Part shown: positions 18,879 through 29,664 of the stretch, one piece after another
How positions within the stretch are numbered: the stretch's first letter is position 1
How the letters are laid out: each line of letters starts with the position of its first letter
Assembly (NCBI GenBank): GCA_902613795.1
Contig: CACMIP010000003.1
Span: 1,110 to 65,109, forward strand
DNA length: 64,000 nucleotides
Direction: 5' to 3'
DNA from: an uncultured OCS116 cluster bacterium
Lineage (GTDB): Bacteria > Pseudomonadota > Alphaproteobacteria > Rhizobiales > TMED25
Program-made: the position numbers and the translations under genes
Notes under the pieces: model-generated
What the model saw: only the letters and a program-made list of their open reading frames with translations
Databases searched by the model: none
What the model was told of the DNA's origin: nothing

Positions 18879-20780
18879 ATGGCTAAAATTATAGGCATTG
18901 ATTTGGGAACAACGAACTCTTGCGTCGCAGTAATGGACGGTAAGGATCCCAAAGTTATTGAAAATTCTGAAGGCGCCAGAACTACGCCATCAATGGTTGC
19001 ATTTGGTGAAGATTCGGAACGCATAACTGGACTCCCCGCAAAACGTCAAGCCGTCACAAACCCCGAAAACACACTTTTTGCTGTAAAAAGACTTATGGGT
19101 AGAAGATTTGACGATCCTCTTGTCAAAAAAGATAAAGACATTGTCCCATTCAAAATATCCAAAGCTGATAACGGTGATGCATGGGTTGAAGCTCGCTCTG
19201 AGAAATATTCACCCTCACAAATATCGGCATTTATACTCCAAAAAATGAAAGAAACAGCGGAAAGCTATCTATCCGAGAATGTTACACAAGCAGTGATTAC
19301 AGTACCTGCATATTTCAACGATGCACAAAGACAAGCCACAAAAGATGCAGGAAAAATCGCAGGTCTTGAAGTCTTACGGATTATCAATGAACCCACAGCG
19401 GCGGCGCTAGCTTATGGTCTTGACCGTAAAGATGGACAGACAATAGCTGTATACGATCTTGGTGGGGGCACATTTGATATATCAATTCTTGAGATTGGAG
19501 ATGGAGTATTTGAAGTTAAGTCAACTAATGGAGATACATTCCTCGGTGGTGAGGATTTTGATACGAGGCTTGTAAATTACCTTGCTGAGGAATTTAAAAA
19601 AGATCAAGCTGTAGATTTACTGAAAGATAAGCTCGCTCTTCAAAGGTTAAAAGAAGCTGCAGAAAAAGCGAAAATAGAGCTATCTTCTACTACTCAAACA
19701 GAGATAAATTTGCCGTTTATTACCGCTGACCAATCGGGACCCAAGCATCTAAATATAAAATTAACAAGGGCTAAATTTGAAACACTTGTTGCAGATCTGA
19801 TTGAAAATACAATCACGCCATGTCAAAAAGCACTCAAAGATGCTGGACTGAAAGCTGGCGAAATTGACGAGGTTGTAATGGTGGGAGGAATGTCAAGAAT
19901 GCCAAAAGTCCTCGAAAAAGTGCAAAATTTCTTTGGAAAAGAACCTCACAGAGGAGTTAACCCTGATGAAGTCGTTGCAATTGGTGCTGCCATACAAGCG
20001 GGTGTTTTGCAAGGTGATGTGAAGGATGTTCTTCTCCTAGACGTAACACCACTATCACTTGGCATTGAGACATTGGGTGGTGTATTTACCAGACTAATTG
20101 ACAGAAATACAACGATTCCCACTAAAAAAAGCCAGACTTTTTCAACCGCTGAAGATAACCAGTCAGCTGTTACAATAAGAGTTTTCCAAGGTGAGAGAGA
20201 AATGGCAGCGGATAATAAATTACTGGGGAATTTTGATCTTGTTGGTATATCGCCAGCACCACGTGGTATTCCACAAATCGAAGTAACATTCGATATTGAT
20301 GCAAATGGAATAGTAAATGTGAAAGCAGTTGACAAAGCTACAAATAAGGAACAATCGATCAAGATCCAAGCATCAGGTGGTTTATCCGATGATGATATTG
20401 AAAAAATGGTAAAAGATGCAGAAGAGCATGCGGAAGAGGATAAAGCTAAGAAAGAGCTAATAGAGACAAAAAATCAGGCAGAGTCATTAATACATGGAAC
20501 GGAAAAAAGTCTCACCGAAAATAGTGATAAAATTAATGAAGATGATAAAAAATCAATCGAAGATGCCATTAGTCAATTAAAAACATCCTTAGAAAGTGAT
20601 GACGCTGCGAAAATAACTGGTGATCTCGAAGTACTAACTCAAGAAGCTATGAAGCTAGGGGAGACTATCTACAAAGCGCAAGGGGAAAATCAAAATGAGG
20701 AAAATGAGAACCCCGAACCCGAAGATAATACAATTGTAGATGCTGATTTTGAAGAAGTTGATGAAGATAAAAATACATAA
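18879..20780 (+). CDS. dnaK: molecular chaperone DnaK (Hsp70)
   Basis: [33 protein letters not shown]. Confidence 0.98.
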   Translation: MAKIIGIDLGTTNSCVAVMDGKDPKVIENSEGARTTPSMVAFGEDSERITGLPAKRQAVTNPENTLFAVKRLMGRRFDDPLVKKDKDIVPFKISKADNGDAWVEARSEKYSPSQISAFILQKMKETAESYLSENVTQAVITVPAYFNDAQRQATKDAGKIAGLEVLRIINEPTAAALAYGLDRKDGQTIAVYDLGGGTFDISILEIGDGVFEVKSTNGDTFLGGEDFDTRLVNYLAEEFKKDQAVDLLKDKLALQRLKEAAEKAKIELSSTTQTEINLPFITADQSGPKHLNIKLTRAKFETLVADLIENTITPCQKALKDAGLKAGEIDEVVMVGGMSRMPKVLEKVQNFFGKEPHRGVNPDEVVAIGAAIQAGVLQGDVKDVLLLDVTPLSLGIETLGGVFTRLIDRNTTIPTKKSQTFSTAEDNQSAVTIRVFQGEREMAADNKLLGNFDLVGISPAPRGIPQIEVTFDIDANGIVNVKAVDKATNKEQSIKIQASGGLSDDDIEKMVKDAEEHAEEDKAKKELIETKNQAESLIHGTEKSLTENSDKINEDDKKSIEDAISQLKTSLESDDAAKITGDLEVLTQEAMKLGETIYKAQGENQNEENENPEPEDNTIVDADFEEVDEDKNT

Positions 20781-20812
20781 TTAATAGCTCTCCTAATCAA
20801 AGGAAGACTGAT

Positions 20813-21934
20813 ATGGCTAAAAAAGATTACTATGACGTATTAGGAGTCGAAAAAAATTGTGATGATAAGTCACTAAAAAGTGCTTTCAGAAAACTTGCAA
20901 AAGAATACCACCCTGACCACAATGCCGGTAACCCTGAGTCTGAAGCAAAATTCAAAGAAATATCAGAAGCATATGAAAGACTAAAAAACCCGGAAAGCCG
21001 AGCGGCCTACGATAGATACGGACATGCAGCGTTTGATGGTTCGGGTGGAAGAGGCCCTTCCTCGGGAGGGTTTGATGGTAATTTTTCCTCAGCATTTTCT
21101 GATATATTTAATGACTTTTTTGGTGACTTTTCATCAACATCCAGATCACAAGAAACCTCGAATCGAGGTTCTGATTTAAGATACAACATGGAAATAACTC
21201 TTGAAGATGCATACCGTGGAAAATCTGATACGATCAATGTCCCCATGAATTCCGTTTGTACAAACTGTAACGGTAATGGCAGTGAAAAAGGCGAAGCGCC
21301 GATTATTTGTCCGAATTGTCAGGGATCAGGTAAAACAAGGGCAAGCCAGGGTTTTTTTACAATAGAGAGAACCTGTACGTCTTGCCAAGGAAGGGGGCAG
21401 ATTATCGTTAATCCATGTAAATCATGTAGTGGCGAAGGAAGAGTAAAAAAACCTAAGAAATTAAACGTCAATATTCCAGCTGGCGTTGAAGATGGCAATA
21501 GGATCAGACTAAGTGGTCAAGGTGAGGCTGGAATTAGGGGTGGCAGGACTGGAGATTTATATATATTTGTCTCAATCAAGCCCCACAAGCTCTTCCAGAG
21601 GGATGGGTCAGATCTATACCTAAATATTCCTGTATCAATGGTAAAAGCTACCCTAGGTGGTCAGATTGATATTCCTACAATCGATGGTGGAAAACTTAGT
21701 GTTAGTTTGCCCGAAGGCTCCCAGAATAATAAACATTTAAGATTAAGGGGTAAGGGGATGCCGGTTATTAGAAGAAATAATTTTGGGGACCTTCACTTGC
21801 AAATTACCGTGGAAACACCAATTAATCTTACAAAAAAACAAAAAGAATTGCTTGCTGAATTCGAAAAAATATCGAATGAAAAAACAAACCCTCTCAGCAG
21901 TAGTTTTTTTAAAAAATTTAAAGATTTTTTTTAG
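20813..21934 (+). CDS. dnaJ: molecular chaperone DnaJ (Hsp40)
   Basis: J-domain with HPD, a G/F-rich linker, and four CxxCxGxG zinc-centre repeats (CTNCNGNG, CPNCQGSG, CTSCQGRG, CKSCSGEG). Confidence 0.97.
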   Translation: MAKKDYYDVLGVEKNCDDKSLKSAFRKLAKEYHPDHNAGNPESEAKFKEISEAYERLKNPESRAAYDRYGHAAFDGSGGRGPSSGGFDGNFSSAFSDIFNDFFGDFSSTSRSQETSNRGSDLRYNMEITLEDAYRGKSDTINVPMNSVCTNCNGNGSEKGEAPIICPNCQGSGKTRASQGFFTIERTCTSCQGRGQIIVNPCKSCSGEGRVKKPKKLNVNIPAGVEDGNRIRLSGQGEAGIRGGRTGDLYIFVSIKPHKLFQRDGSDLYLNIPVSMVKATLGGQIDIPTIDGGKLSVSLPEGSQNNKHLRLRGKGMPVIRRNNFGDLHLQITVETPINLTKKQKELLAEFEKISNEKTNPLSSSFFKKFKDFF

Positions 21935-22007
21935 AGATTTTTTGCATTAAAAGATATTTCATCGTAAGATGATCACATAATTATAATTAAAATAATATGG
22001 TTCTATC

Positions 22008-22808
22008 ATGAAAGTGATTATTGCAGGTGCAGCAGGACGAATGGGTCGTGAATTATTAAAATATGCCCATCAAGATTCTGATATTGATATTATTGGAGCA
22101 TCAGAAGCATCCGGTTCAGATTGGATTGGAAAGGATATTGGTGATGTAATTGGTGAAGCAAATATGAATATCAAAGTTGCTTCTGACATTTTAGAACTTA
22201 TTAAATCTGCTGATGTTATCATTGACTTTACCAATCCTGAAACTACACTTGCAAATGCTGTACTAGCTGCACAAGCTAGAATCTCTCATATAATCGGTAC
22301 GACTGGTTTTCAAAAAGAAGAAATTGAGAGTTTAAAGAAAGCTGGAAATCACGCTGTTCTAGTTCAATCGGGCAATATGAGCCTAGGCATAAATATACTA
22401 TCTCAAATGACTGAAAAGATTGCTAGAGCATTATCAGATTTTGATATTGAAATTACTGAAATACATCATAATCAAAAACTAGATGCACCATCCGGAACAG
22501 CATTATTACTTGGAGAGTCAGCGGCAAAAGGAAGATCATTAAATTTAAACGATAATGCTGTTTATGAAAGACATGGGAATACCGGTCGCAGAGACAAAAA
22601 TACCATCGGCTTCTCATCAATCAGGGGCGGAAGTATTGTTGGTGAGCACTCTGTTATATTTGCCGGTGACAGTGAGGTGATAACCTTATCTCATTCAGCG
22701 TTAAGTCGGAAAATATTTGTAAAAGGGGCAATGTTAGCTGCAAGATGGTCGCTCGGCAAGGATCCTGGTTATTACAGTATGGATGATGTTCTAAATATAG
22801 AAAAATAG
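22008..22808 (+). CDS. dapB: 4-hydroxy-tetrahydrodipicolinate reductase
   Basis: N-terminal GAAGRMG dinucleotide fold and EIHHNQKLDAPSGTA motif. Confidence 0.92.
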   Translation: MKVIIAGAAGRMGRELLKYAHQDSDIDIIGASEASGSDWIGKDIGDVIGEANMNIKVASDILELIKSADVIIDFTNPETTLANAVLAAQARISHIIGTTGFQKEEIESLKKAGNHAVLVQSGNMSLGINILSQMTEKIARALSDFDIEITEIHHNQKLDAPSGTALLLGESAAKGRSLNLNDNAVYERHGNTGRRDKNTIGFSSIRGGSIVGEHSVIFAGDSEVITLSHSALSRKIFVKGAMLAARWSLGKDPGYYSMDDVLNIEK

Positions 22809-22816
22809 GAAATTAC

Positions 22817-23437
22817 ATGTCAAAATTAATTATATTAAGACACGGTGAAAGCGAGTGGAACAAACTAAATCTATTTACTGGATGGGAAGATGTAAATCTT
22901 ACAGATCAGGGTAAAATAGAAGCGAAATTAGCTGCATTTGCGATCCAGAATTTAAAGGTTGATGTGAATCACGCTTATACGAGCGCACTGAAGAGAGCCG
23001 GCAAAACACTAGAAATTGTTCTTAATGTATTAAAAAAAGATATCCCAATAATATCAGACCCAGCATTAAATGAGAGAAACTATGGCAGCTTAACTGGCAT
23101 GAACAAAGATGAAGCTCGAAATAAATGGGGTGATGAACAAGTTAAGCTATGGAGACGTTCCTATGATATTGCCCCAGAAAATGGGGAAAGTCTGAAAGAT
23201 ACATGCAACCGTACTATCCCGTACTTCAAGAAAAATATACTTCCCAAATTACATGATGGTGAAAATATCATTATTACCGCTCATGGTAATTCACTTAGAT
23301 CCATAATAATGCATGTGGAGGATTTAAATGAGGAGGCAATTGTGAGTGTTGAAATAGCGACTGGGATACCAATTGTTTATGAATATGAAAATAAGAAAAT
23401 AATCAAAAAAACTGAGTTATTTGTAAAAAGATATTAG
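22817..23437 (+). CDS. gpmA: 2,3-bisphosphoglycerate-dependent phosphoglycerate mutase (short form)
   Basis: LRHGESEWN catalytic His motif and a second His in TAHGNSLR. 206 aa. Confidence 0.9.
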   Translation: MSKLIILRHGESEWNKLNLFTGWEDVNLTDQGKIEAKLAAFAIQNLKVDVNHAYTSALKRAGKTLEIVLNVLKKDIPIISDPALNERNYGSLTGMNKDEARNKWGDEQVKLWRRSYDIAPENGESLKDTCNRTIPYFKKNILPKLHDGENIIITAHGNSLRSIIMHVEDLNEEAIVSVEIATGIPIVYEYENKKIIKKTELFVKRY

Positions 23438-23452
23438 AAACCAAATCATATT

Positions 23453-24451
23453 ATGAATGTACTTTTTATTGGTAATGCAATTATCGATGTAATCTCTCAT
23501 TTGGATGAGATAGATCAAGTTGACCCTAATTTTATTGGTAAAATGCAAATTGTTTCTCAAAAAGAGATCAATGATAAAATTAAGGTTTTATCAAATAAAA
23601 AAATAATTCCTGGTGGGAGTGCAAATAATAGTGCATGCGGCCTTGCAATGCTCGAGGAAGAAGTATGTTTCATTGGAAAAATCGGCAACGATCACTATGG
23701 GAAAGTCTATCTTGATCAGAATAAAGAGCATAATGTAGAAACAGGCCTTATGGTAGTCGATAATAAATCTACAACAGGACTTTCACTTGTTTATGTAACA
23801 CCAGGCGGGGAAAGAACTATGAATACTTTTCCCGGCGCCTCCGCAGAGCTTGATGCATCAGACATACCAAAAGCTACTTTTGGTGGGATTTCTGGTATTT
23901 TTATAGAAGGGTACATTCTATACTCGCCCCATGGACTCGAACTTATATCCAAGTCAATCAGTAATGTCATAACGAATAAGGGCTTTACAGCAATTTCTCT
24001 ATCAGATGTGGATTGTGTTGATAGATATAGAGTTCATTTTTTAAATCTAATTAAGTCTAATGAAATCAATCTTATTTTTGGTAATAAAATGGAAATGATG
24101 AGTCTCTTGGAGGTTAAGACAGAAATGGATCTTATAAAAAGTATGAAAGAGCTTTCAGGGTTTGTAGAAAGATTAATCATGACATCGGGTAAAAATGGCT
24201 CATTATCGATCGAAAAGGGTGTGCTTATTTATGCCTCAACAAATGATGTGGAAAATTGCATAGATACAACAGGGGCTGGTGATTTATTTGTCTCTGGGTA
24301 CCTGAAAGCATACCTAAATAAATCTAGTCCGATTGACTGTTTGAAAGCTGGTAACTTTGTTGCCTCAAAAATTTTAAAGAGAGATGGCGGTAAATTAGAT
24401 TTTTCTGATTACAGAGAAATAAAAAACAATATCCATAGATACATCCTATAG
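23453..24451 (+). CDS. PfkB-family carbohydrate/nucleoside kinase (adenosine kinase-like)
   Basis: PfkB signatures (PGGSANNSA, DTTGAGDLFVSGYL). The substrate cannot be assigned from sequence. Confidence 0.75.
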   Translation: MNVLFIGNAIIDVISHLDEIDQVDPNFIGKMQIVSQKEINDKIKVLSNKKIIPGGSANNSACGLAMLEEEVCFIGKIGNDHYGKVYLDQNKEHNVETGLMVVDNKSTTGLSLVYVTPGGERTMNTFPGASAELDASDIPKATFGGISGIFIEGYILYSPHGLELISKSISNVITNKGFTAISLSDVDCVDRYRVHFLNLIKSNEINLIFGNKMEMMSLLEVKTEMDLIKSMKELSGFVERLIMTSGKNGSLSIEKGVLIYASTNDVENCIDTTGAGDLFVSGYLKAYLNKSSPIDCLKAGNFVASKILKRDGGKLDFSDYREIKNNIHRYIL

Positions 24452-25396
24452 CTTTCTCAATGAGATTTGATTTACGGAATGATTTTCTGACTTTCTAAGT
24501 ATTAAGTTAGCTCTTTGCCTAGTTGGCAAAATATTTTCTATCAAATTTACATGATTTATTTTTTCCCAAAGCGACGTTGCAACATTTACTGCGTCTTCGT
24601 CTGATAAATATGAATATTTATTAAAATACGATTTTTCCTCTTTAAAGGCAGTCGCCTTCAGTTTTAAAAATCTCTGAATGTACCAATTTTTTATATTCTT
24701 TTCATCTGCATCAACGAATATTGAAAAATCAAAAAAATCGGATACATACGGAATTGCGTTGCCATCTCTTGGGAGTGGGGCTGGTTGAAGCACATTTAAG
24801 CCCTCGATAATTAGTATATCGGGTTTATTTACGTGAATAAATTCACCGGGAACATTATCATAGAGCAAATGCGAATAAACAGGCGCTTTAACATTTGATT
24901 TTCCGGATTTAACGGAATTTAAAAAATCAAGTAATAGTGTTAGGTTGTAGCTCTCAGGAAATCCCTTGCGCTCCATCAAAGATCTCTTTTCAAGATTGTC
25001 ATTACTCATCAAAAAACCATCTGTATTGACAAGTGATACTGTTATATTATCTGACCATTTAGATAACAAAGCTTGAAGAATTCGTGATGTTGTGCTTTTT
25101 CCAACTGCAACAGAACCTCCAATACCAATGATGAATGGTACTTTAAAATTTTTTTTTCCTAAAAATAAATTAGTTGCTTCAAATAATTTTTCCGTGCCAG
25201 ATATATATAAATTTAAGAGACGAGAAATTGGTAAATACACATCTCTTACCTCATCTATTGACATAGGTTCATTTAAGCCTCTTAGCTCTACTATTTCATT
25301 TTCAGTTAGATTTAAAGTGGCGCCAAAACCCAAATCAGCCCATTCTTCTTTTGAAAAAATTATGTAAGGTGAATTTTGATTTTTTGATTGATGCAT
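24446..25396 (-). CDS. coaA: type I pantothenate kinase
   Basis: 316 aa with P-loop GIGGSVAVGKSTTSRIL. PanK-I length and layout. Confidence 0.9.
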   Translation of the reverse strand: MHQSKNQNSPYIIFSKEEWADLGFGATLNLTENEIVELRGLNEPMSIDEVRDVYLPISRLLNLYISGTEKLFEATNLFLGKKNFKVPFIIGIGGSVAVGKSTTSRILQALLSKWSDNITVSLVNTDGFLMSNDNLEKRSLMERKGFPESYNLTLLLDFLNSVKSGKSNVKAPVYSHLLYDNVPGEFIHVNKPDILIIEGLNVLQPAPLPRDGNAIPYVSDFFDFSIFVDADEKNIKNWYIQRFLKLKATAFKEEKSYFNKYSYLSDEDAVNVATSLWEKINHVNLIENILPTRQRANLILRKSENHSVNQISLRKL

Positions 25397-25408
25397 GTGA
25401 TAAAGTTA

Positions 25409-25741
25409 CTATTTTCTAGATTTTTTTTCTTCATGACCTGATACACCCCTTCTTCGCATAAGTTCGCCACAAACATCGTCAATACTTAAATTACCTTGCT
25501 CGAGCAATACCATTAAATGATAAATCAGATCTGCAGCCTCTTTTTTAAGGTTTTCTTTGTCCTTTGAGAGCGCTGCAATTATTACTTCAGATGCTTCTTC
25601 ACCAATTTTTTTAGATAAATACTCAATGTCACCGATTAATTTTGCAGTATATGAAAATTCTGCATCCTTAAAAGCGTTATTCTTTATTGTTTCCGTAAGA
25701 TTTTCTAAATAATCTATATTTTTCATCGAGTTTTCAGACAT
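25409..25741 (-). CDS. hisE: phosphoribosyl-ATP pyrophosphatase
   Basis: 110-aa MazG-like helical protein (KIGEEASEVIIAA...EAADLIYHLMVLL), adjacent to hisF. Confidence 0.88.
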   Translation of the reverse strand: MSENSMKNIDYLENLTETIKNNAFKDAEFSYTAKLIGDIEYLSKKIGEEASEVIIAALSKDKENLKKEAADLIYHLMVLLEQGNLSIDDVCGELMRRRGVSGHEEKKSRK

Positions 25742-25749
25742 AAATCCCC

Positions 25750-26508
25750 CTATCTGACGTTGATGCCTCGTTCCTTCATATATTGCTTGGCTTCATTAAT
25801 TGTGTATTCCCCAAAATGAAAAATGGAGGCCGCCAAAACAGCGTCGGCATGTCCCAACTTTATACCATCAACAAGGTGTTGAAGGTTGCCAACTCCACCA
25901 CTTGCAATAACTGGAACATTCACAATATCTGTAATTTGTTTAATCAGTATATTGTCAAATCCAGATCTTGTTCCATCTTTATCCATTGATGTGATTAAGA
26001 GCTCACCCGCACCCAATGATACAATTCTTTCGACATAATGCAACACATCAATCTCAGTATTAATTCTACCTCCATGAGTATAAACTTCCCACTTATTCTG
26101 TGCATCATTTTTTTTTGCGTCTACAGCAACCACAATACATTGAGAGCCATACTTGTCTGCAGCGTATCGTACAAAATTATTATCTTTGACTGCTGCTGAA
26201 TTAACCGACACTTTATCAGCTCCAGATAGCAATAATGTTCGTATATGTTCTATTTTACTTACTCCACCACCAACAGTTAATGGCATAAAACATACCTCAG
26301 CGGTCTTTCTTACAATGTCATAGATCGTGTCTCTATTCTCATGGCTTGCAGTAATATCTAAAAAACACACTTCATCAGCACCTTGCTCGTCATAGATTTT
26401 AGCAACTTCAACAGGGTCTCCAGCATCTCTTAGATTTACAAAATTTGTGCCTTTTACTACACGCCCATTATTGACATCCAAGCATGGTATTATTCTTGAC
26501 TTTAACAA
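25750..26508 (-). CDS. hisF: imidazole glycerol phosphate synthase, cyclase subunit
   Basis: RIIPCLDV...[11 protein letters not shown]...ASGGVG, a TIM barrel of HisF type. Confidence 0.96.
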   Translation of the reverse strand: MLKSRIIPCLDVNNGRVVKGTNFVNLRDAGDPVEVAKIYDEQGADEVCFLDITASHENRDTIYDIVRKTAEVCFMPLTVGGGVSKIEHIRTLLLSGADKVSVNSAAVKDNNFVRYAADKYGSQCIVVAVDAKKNDAQNKWEVYTHGGRINTEIDVLHYVERIVSLGAGELLITSMDKDGTRSGFDNILIKQITDIVNVPVIASGGVGNLQHLVDGIKLGHADAVLAASIFHFGEYTINEAKQYMKERGINVR

Positions 26509-27243
26509 TTATAAACCCTCACTGTTGATAATTTTAAGAGCTTCTATCGGATCTATTTTCTTTTCGTATAGCGCTTTACCGATTATTGCACCTTTAAAGA
26601 TCGAATTCTCATTTGTCTTTAATTTTTTAATATCTTCGATAGAGTTTAAGCCCCCACTTAATATCACCGATATATTAGTTGCCATGGCTAACTTTTTGGA
26701 ACCCCTAAAATTCAATCCCTCCAGCATCCCATCCCTATTTATATCTGTATGTAGGATCGAGTCAATTTCAGTGTTCTCATACTCCTTAATTAAATCAAAT
26801 ATATTAACCTCTGTTTGTTTCTTCCACCCCTCTATACATATAAATTCATCTCTGCTATCAAGCGCTAAAACAATTTTTTGGGGGTATTTATTTGCGACTT
26901 CCTTCACCAAACTAATATTAGTAATGCTCATTGTGCCTAGAACTAATTTTTCGGCCCCAAGTGATAACCAATAGTCAATCACCTCCGATGTTCTCATCCC
27001 TCCGCCAAGCTGGACCTTTAATTTTGTTTTTTTTATTATTTCCTCAATTATAGGTTTGTTTTTACTTTTACCATTTACGGCGGCATCAAGATCGACAATA
27101 TGGACCCAATCAAAGCCCATTTCTTGGAATTTTATTGCTTGTGAAAGTGGATTGCTATTATAAATCTTTGAGTCGCTCATTTCTCCAAGTCGAAGCCGGA
27201 CACATTCACCATTTTTAATATCAATAGCTGGAAATAAAATCAT
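26509..27243 (-). CDS. hisA: ProFAR isomerase (1-(5-phosphoribosyl)-5-[(5-phosphoribosylamino)methylideneamino]imidazole-4-carboxamide isomerase)
   Basis: MILFPAIDIKNGECVRL start motif. I chose the start at 27241-27243, where it shares one base with the hisH stop. The tracked ORF starts 12 nt earlier. Confidence 0.93.
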   Translation of the reverse strand: MILFPAIDIKNGECVRLRLGEMSDSKIYNSNPLSQAIKFQEMGFDWVHIVDLDAAVNGKSKNKPIIEEIIKKTKLKVQLGGGMRTSEVIDYWLSLGAEKLVLGTMSITNISLVKEVANKYPQKIVLALDSRDEFICIEGWKKQTEVNIFDLIKEYENTEIDSILHTDINRDGMLEGLNFRGSKKLAMATNISVILSGGLNSIEDIKKLKTNENSIFKGAIIGKALYEKKIDPIEALKIINSEGL

Positions 27244-27899
27244 TAGGGACTCCAATTTATAAAATTTTTAATAAATTTCAGACCTATTTTCTGACTTTTC
27301 TCAGGATGGAATTGACATCCAATAATATTATCTTTGCCGATTACAGCGGTAATTTCACTGCCATAGTCGCAGACTCCTAATAAATCTTCCATTTTTTTTA
27401 CTTGAAAATAATAAGAATGAACAAAATATACTATTGTTTTTTCTTTATCCTCTAATCCACTAAAAATACTGTGAGCTCTATTAAATCTAATAGTATTCCA
27501 ACCCATGTGAGGAATTTTAAGACCTGCTGTTGTTGGTATTTTGTCAACTACCCCTGGAATCCATCCAAAACCTGGTGTCGTTTCACCCTCAAACCCAATA
27601 TCAGCAAGTAATTGCATCCCGACGCAAATCCCTAGAAAAGGAGCTCCTGCATCTAAAATTTTTTTTTCTAGGGTAGGAACCAGACCGTCTATGTTAACGA
27701 GTCCAGCTTTACAATCTTTAAATGCTCCAACCCCGGGAAGCACAATACGATCACAGAGCTTTATATCGGCTGCATTCTGTATGCGCAGAATTTTTATCTC
27801 CTTTTTGAGATCTTTTGCGACGTTTTCAAAGGCTTTTGTTGCAGAATGGATATTTCCTGATCCATAATCAATAATGCCAATTATTTCCATACCTTTCAC
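27243..27899 (-). CDS. hisH: imidazole glycerol phosphate synthase, glutamine amidotransferase subunit
   Basis: Class I GATase triad context (LPGVGAF, GICVGMQLL, QFHPEKS). The start may be the Met at 27890. Confidence 0.94.
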   Translation of the reverse strand: MKGMEIIGIIDYGSGNIHSATKAFENVAKDLKKEIKILRIQNAADIKLCDRIVLPGVGAFKDCKAGLVNIDGLVPTLEKKILDAGAPFLGICVGMQLLADIGFEGETTPGFGWIPGVVDKIPTTAGLKIPHMGWNTIRFNRAHSIFSGLEDKEKTIVYFVHSYYFQVKKMEDLLGVCDYGSEITAVIGKDNIIGCQFHPEKSQKIGLKFIKNFINWSP

Positions 27900-27908
27900 A
27901 CAAAGCTA

Positions 27909-28358
27909 TTAAAATATATTAAGAATTGCCTCTTCATCACCGCTACCTGTTCCGGATTTATTTTGAGTGGAATTATCGTTTAGTATAACTTCATTTTCTT
28001 TGTTATTTCTGTATGTATTGTAAGCACTAATTTGACTCTCTGAAGCAACAATCATCTCTAACTTATAATCTCTTAAATTCAACAACCATTCTCTTATAAG
28101 ATTAGATTGAAATCCGAAAAAAAGATGAATGAATATAATACCAAATATCATTATTGTAGATCCAAAATAAATAGAGATAGCATATAATAGGAATATTATT
28201 GCAATATAATAAGGAACTAAAAAGAAATTTTTATTTAATAAAAACCACAATGGTGGACAAATTAACGCTGTGTAGGAGATTCTATCCCGATAAATCAAGA
28301 TATGCTCGTTGTTGTCGTCAAAACCTCTTTTTTTTGTATATATTTCAAATAAGGCCAT
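27909..28358 (-). CDS. small integral membrane protein, DUF2628-like, embedded in the his operon
   Basis: Starts at the internal Met (MALFEIYTKKRGF...), because the longer ORF overlaps hisB. It has two or three hydrophobic helices (LICPPLWFLL, VPYYIAIIFLLYAISIYF, IMIFGIIFIHLFFGF). From memory, the hisB/hisH position matches a conserved alphaproteobacterial hypothetical. Confidence 0.55.
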   Translation of the reverse strand: MALFEIYTKKRGFDDNNEHILIYRDRISYTALICPPLWFLLNKNFFLVPYYIAIIFLLYAISIYFGSTIMIFGIIFIHLFFGFQSNLIREWLLNLRDYKLEMIVASESQISAYNTYRNNKENEVILNDNSTQNKSGTGSGDEEAILNIF

Positions 28359-28371
28359 AATGAAAAATAAA

Positions 28372-28980
28372 TTATAGAATCCCTTTTGTAGTTGGAATTG
28401 ACCCTGATGTAAGTGGATCAATTGCAATTGCTTCTCTAATGCATCTAGCAAGACCCTTATAACAAGACTCTATGATGTGATGTGCGTTACTCCCATGTAA
28501 GTTCTCTATGTGTAATGTCATGTCGCCATTGTGTGCAAATGCGTAGAACCACTCTTTAAAAAGCTCTGAGTCCATCTCCCCAATCTTTGGTGATTTTAGA
28601 TTCACTGCCCACCTCAGATAAGGTCTACCTGAAATATCTAATGAAATTTGAGTTAAGGCCTCATCCATTGGTATGATTATATGCGAAAATCTTCTTATTC
28701 CCGCTTTGTCTCCCAGTGCCTGCTTTACTGCCGTTCCCATTACGATGCCAATATCTTCTGTGGTGTGATGCATATCAATATGCAAGTCTCCTTCAGCATT
28801 CAGTTCAATATCAAGTAAGCCGTGTCTTGCCACCTGCTCTAACATGTGATCAAGGAATCCAATTCCTGTATTAATCTTCGATTTGCCGGTGCCATCTAAT
28901 AGCAATTTACAGGAAATACTTGTTTCTTTTGTTTTTCTCTCTACAAGAGCTTCCCTTTTCTTGTTATCACCCATTATCAA
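28372..28980 (-). CDS. hisB: imidazoleglycerol-phosphate dehydratase
   Basis: IGPD motifs ([31 protein letters not shown]). Confidence 0.95.
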   Translation of the reverse strand: MIMGDNKKREALVERKTKETSISCKLLLDGTGKSKINTGIGFLDHMLEQVARHGLLDIELNAEGDLHIDMHHTTEDIGIVMGTAVKQALGDKAGIRRFSHIIIPMDEALTQISLDISGRPYLRWAVNLKSPKIGEMDSELFKEWFYAFAHNGDMTLHIENLHGSNAHHIIESCYKGLARCIREAIAIDPLTSGSIPTTKGIL

Positions 28981-29102
28981 TTTCCATTGGTTAAAATCTT
29001 GAATATATATATCACAATCGACATATATATTATAATAAACATATTATTAATATATGTTAAATATGACAAAAGAAGTCATCTGACTAGAATTATAGGGATT
29101 AA

Positions 29103-29663
29103 ATGATCGAGCATAACGAAAAAAATATGGTTGGTACAACTATCATCATGGTGCGAAAGGGTGATAGTGTGGTGATTGCAGGTGATGGCCAAGTTAGCTT
29201 GGGGCAAACAATTATCAAAAATAATGCAAGGAAGGTAAGAAGGCTTGGCCCTGGGCAAGAAGTTATTGCTGGTTTCGCTGGCTCAACAGCGGACGCCCTC
29301 ACTTTATTTGATAGATTAGAAGCAAAACTTGAGCAATACCCAACCCAGCTAACAAGAGCTGCTGTTGAATTAGCTAAAGATTGGAGACTTGATAGATATC
29401 TACGTAGGCTGGAGGCAATGATGCTAGTTGCTGACAATGATTGTAGCTTCGTACTGACAGGTAATGGAGATGTACTTGAGCCTGAAGACGGCGTAGTTGC
29501 GATCGGATCAGGCGGGAATTACGCTTTGGCGGCAGCAAAAGCATTATTTAATACTGATATAAGTGCGCAAGAAATTGCAGAAAAATCTATGAAAATAGCG
29601 TCAGAAATTTGTGTCTATACAAACGATAATTTGATTATTGAAAGCATCAAGATAAAGGAGTGA
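29103..29663 (+). CDS. hslV: ATP-dependent protease subunit HslV
   Basis: A short N-terminal propeptide followed by [20 protein letters not shown] (Thr nucleophile), a form common in alphaproteobacteria. Confidence 0.94.
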   Translation: MIEHNEKNMVGTTIIMVRKGDSVVIAGDGQVSLGQTIIKNNARKVRRLGPGQEVIAGFAGSTADALTLFDRLEAKLEQYPTQLTRAAVELAKDWRLDRYLRRLEAMMLVADNDCSFVLTGNGDVLEPEDGVVAIGSGGNYALAAAKALFNTDISAQEIAEKSMKIASEICVYTNDNLIIESIKIKE

Positions 29664-29664
29664 T

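Noticed and set aside
28981-29102. Heat-shock (RpoH) promoter and an AT-rich inverted repeat (AACATAT-N7-ATATGTT, about 29038-29058) upstream of hslV
   Set aside because: CTTG at 28998-29001 has no CYTATNT element at 17-18 nt (CATATAT lies at 20 nt with the wrong second base). The inverted repeat is short, almost pure A/T and plausibly fortuitous.
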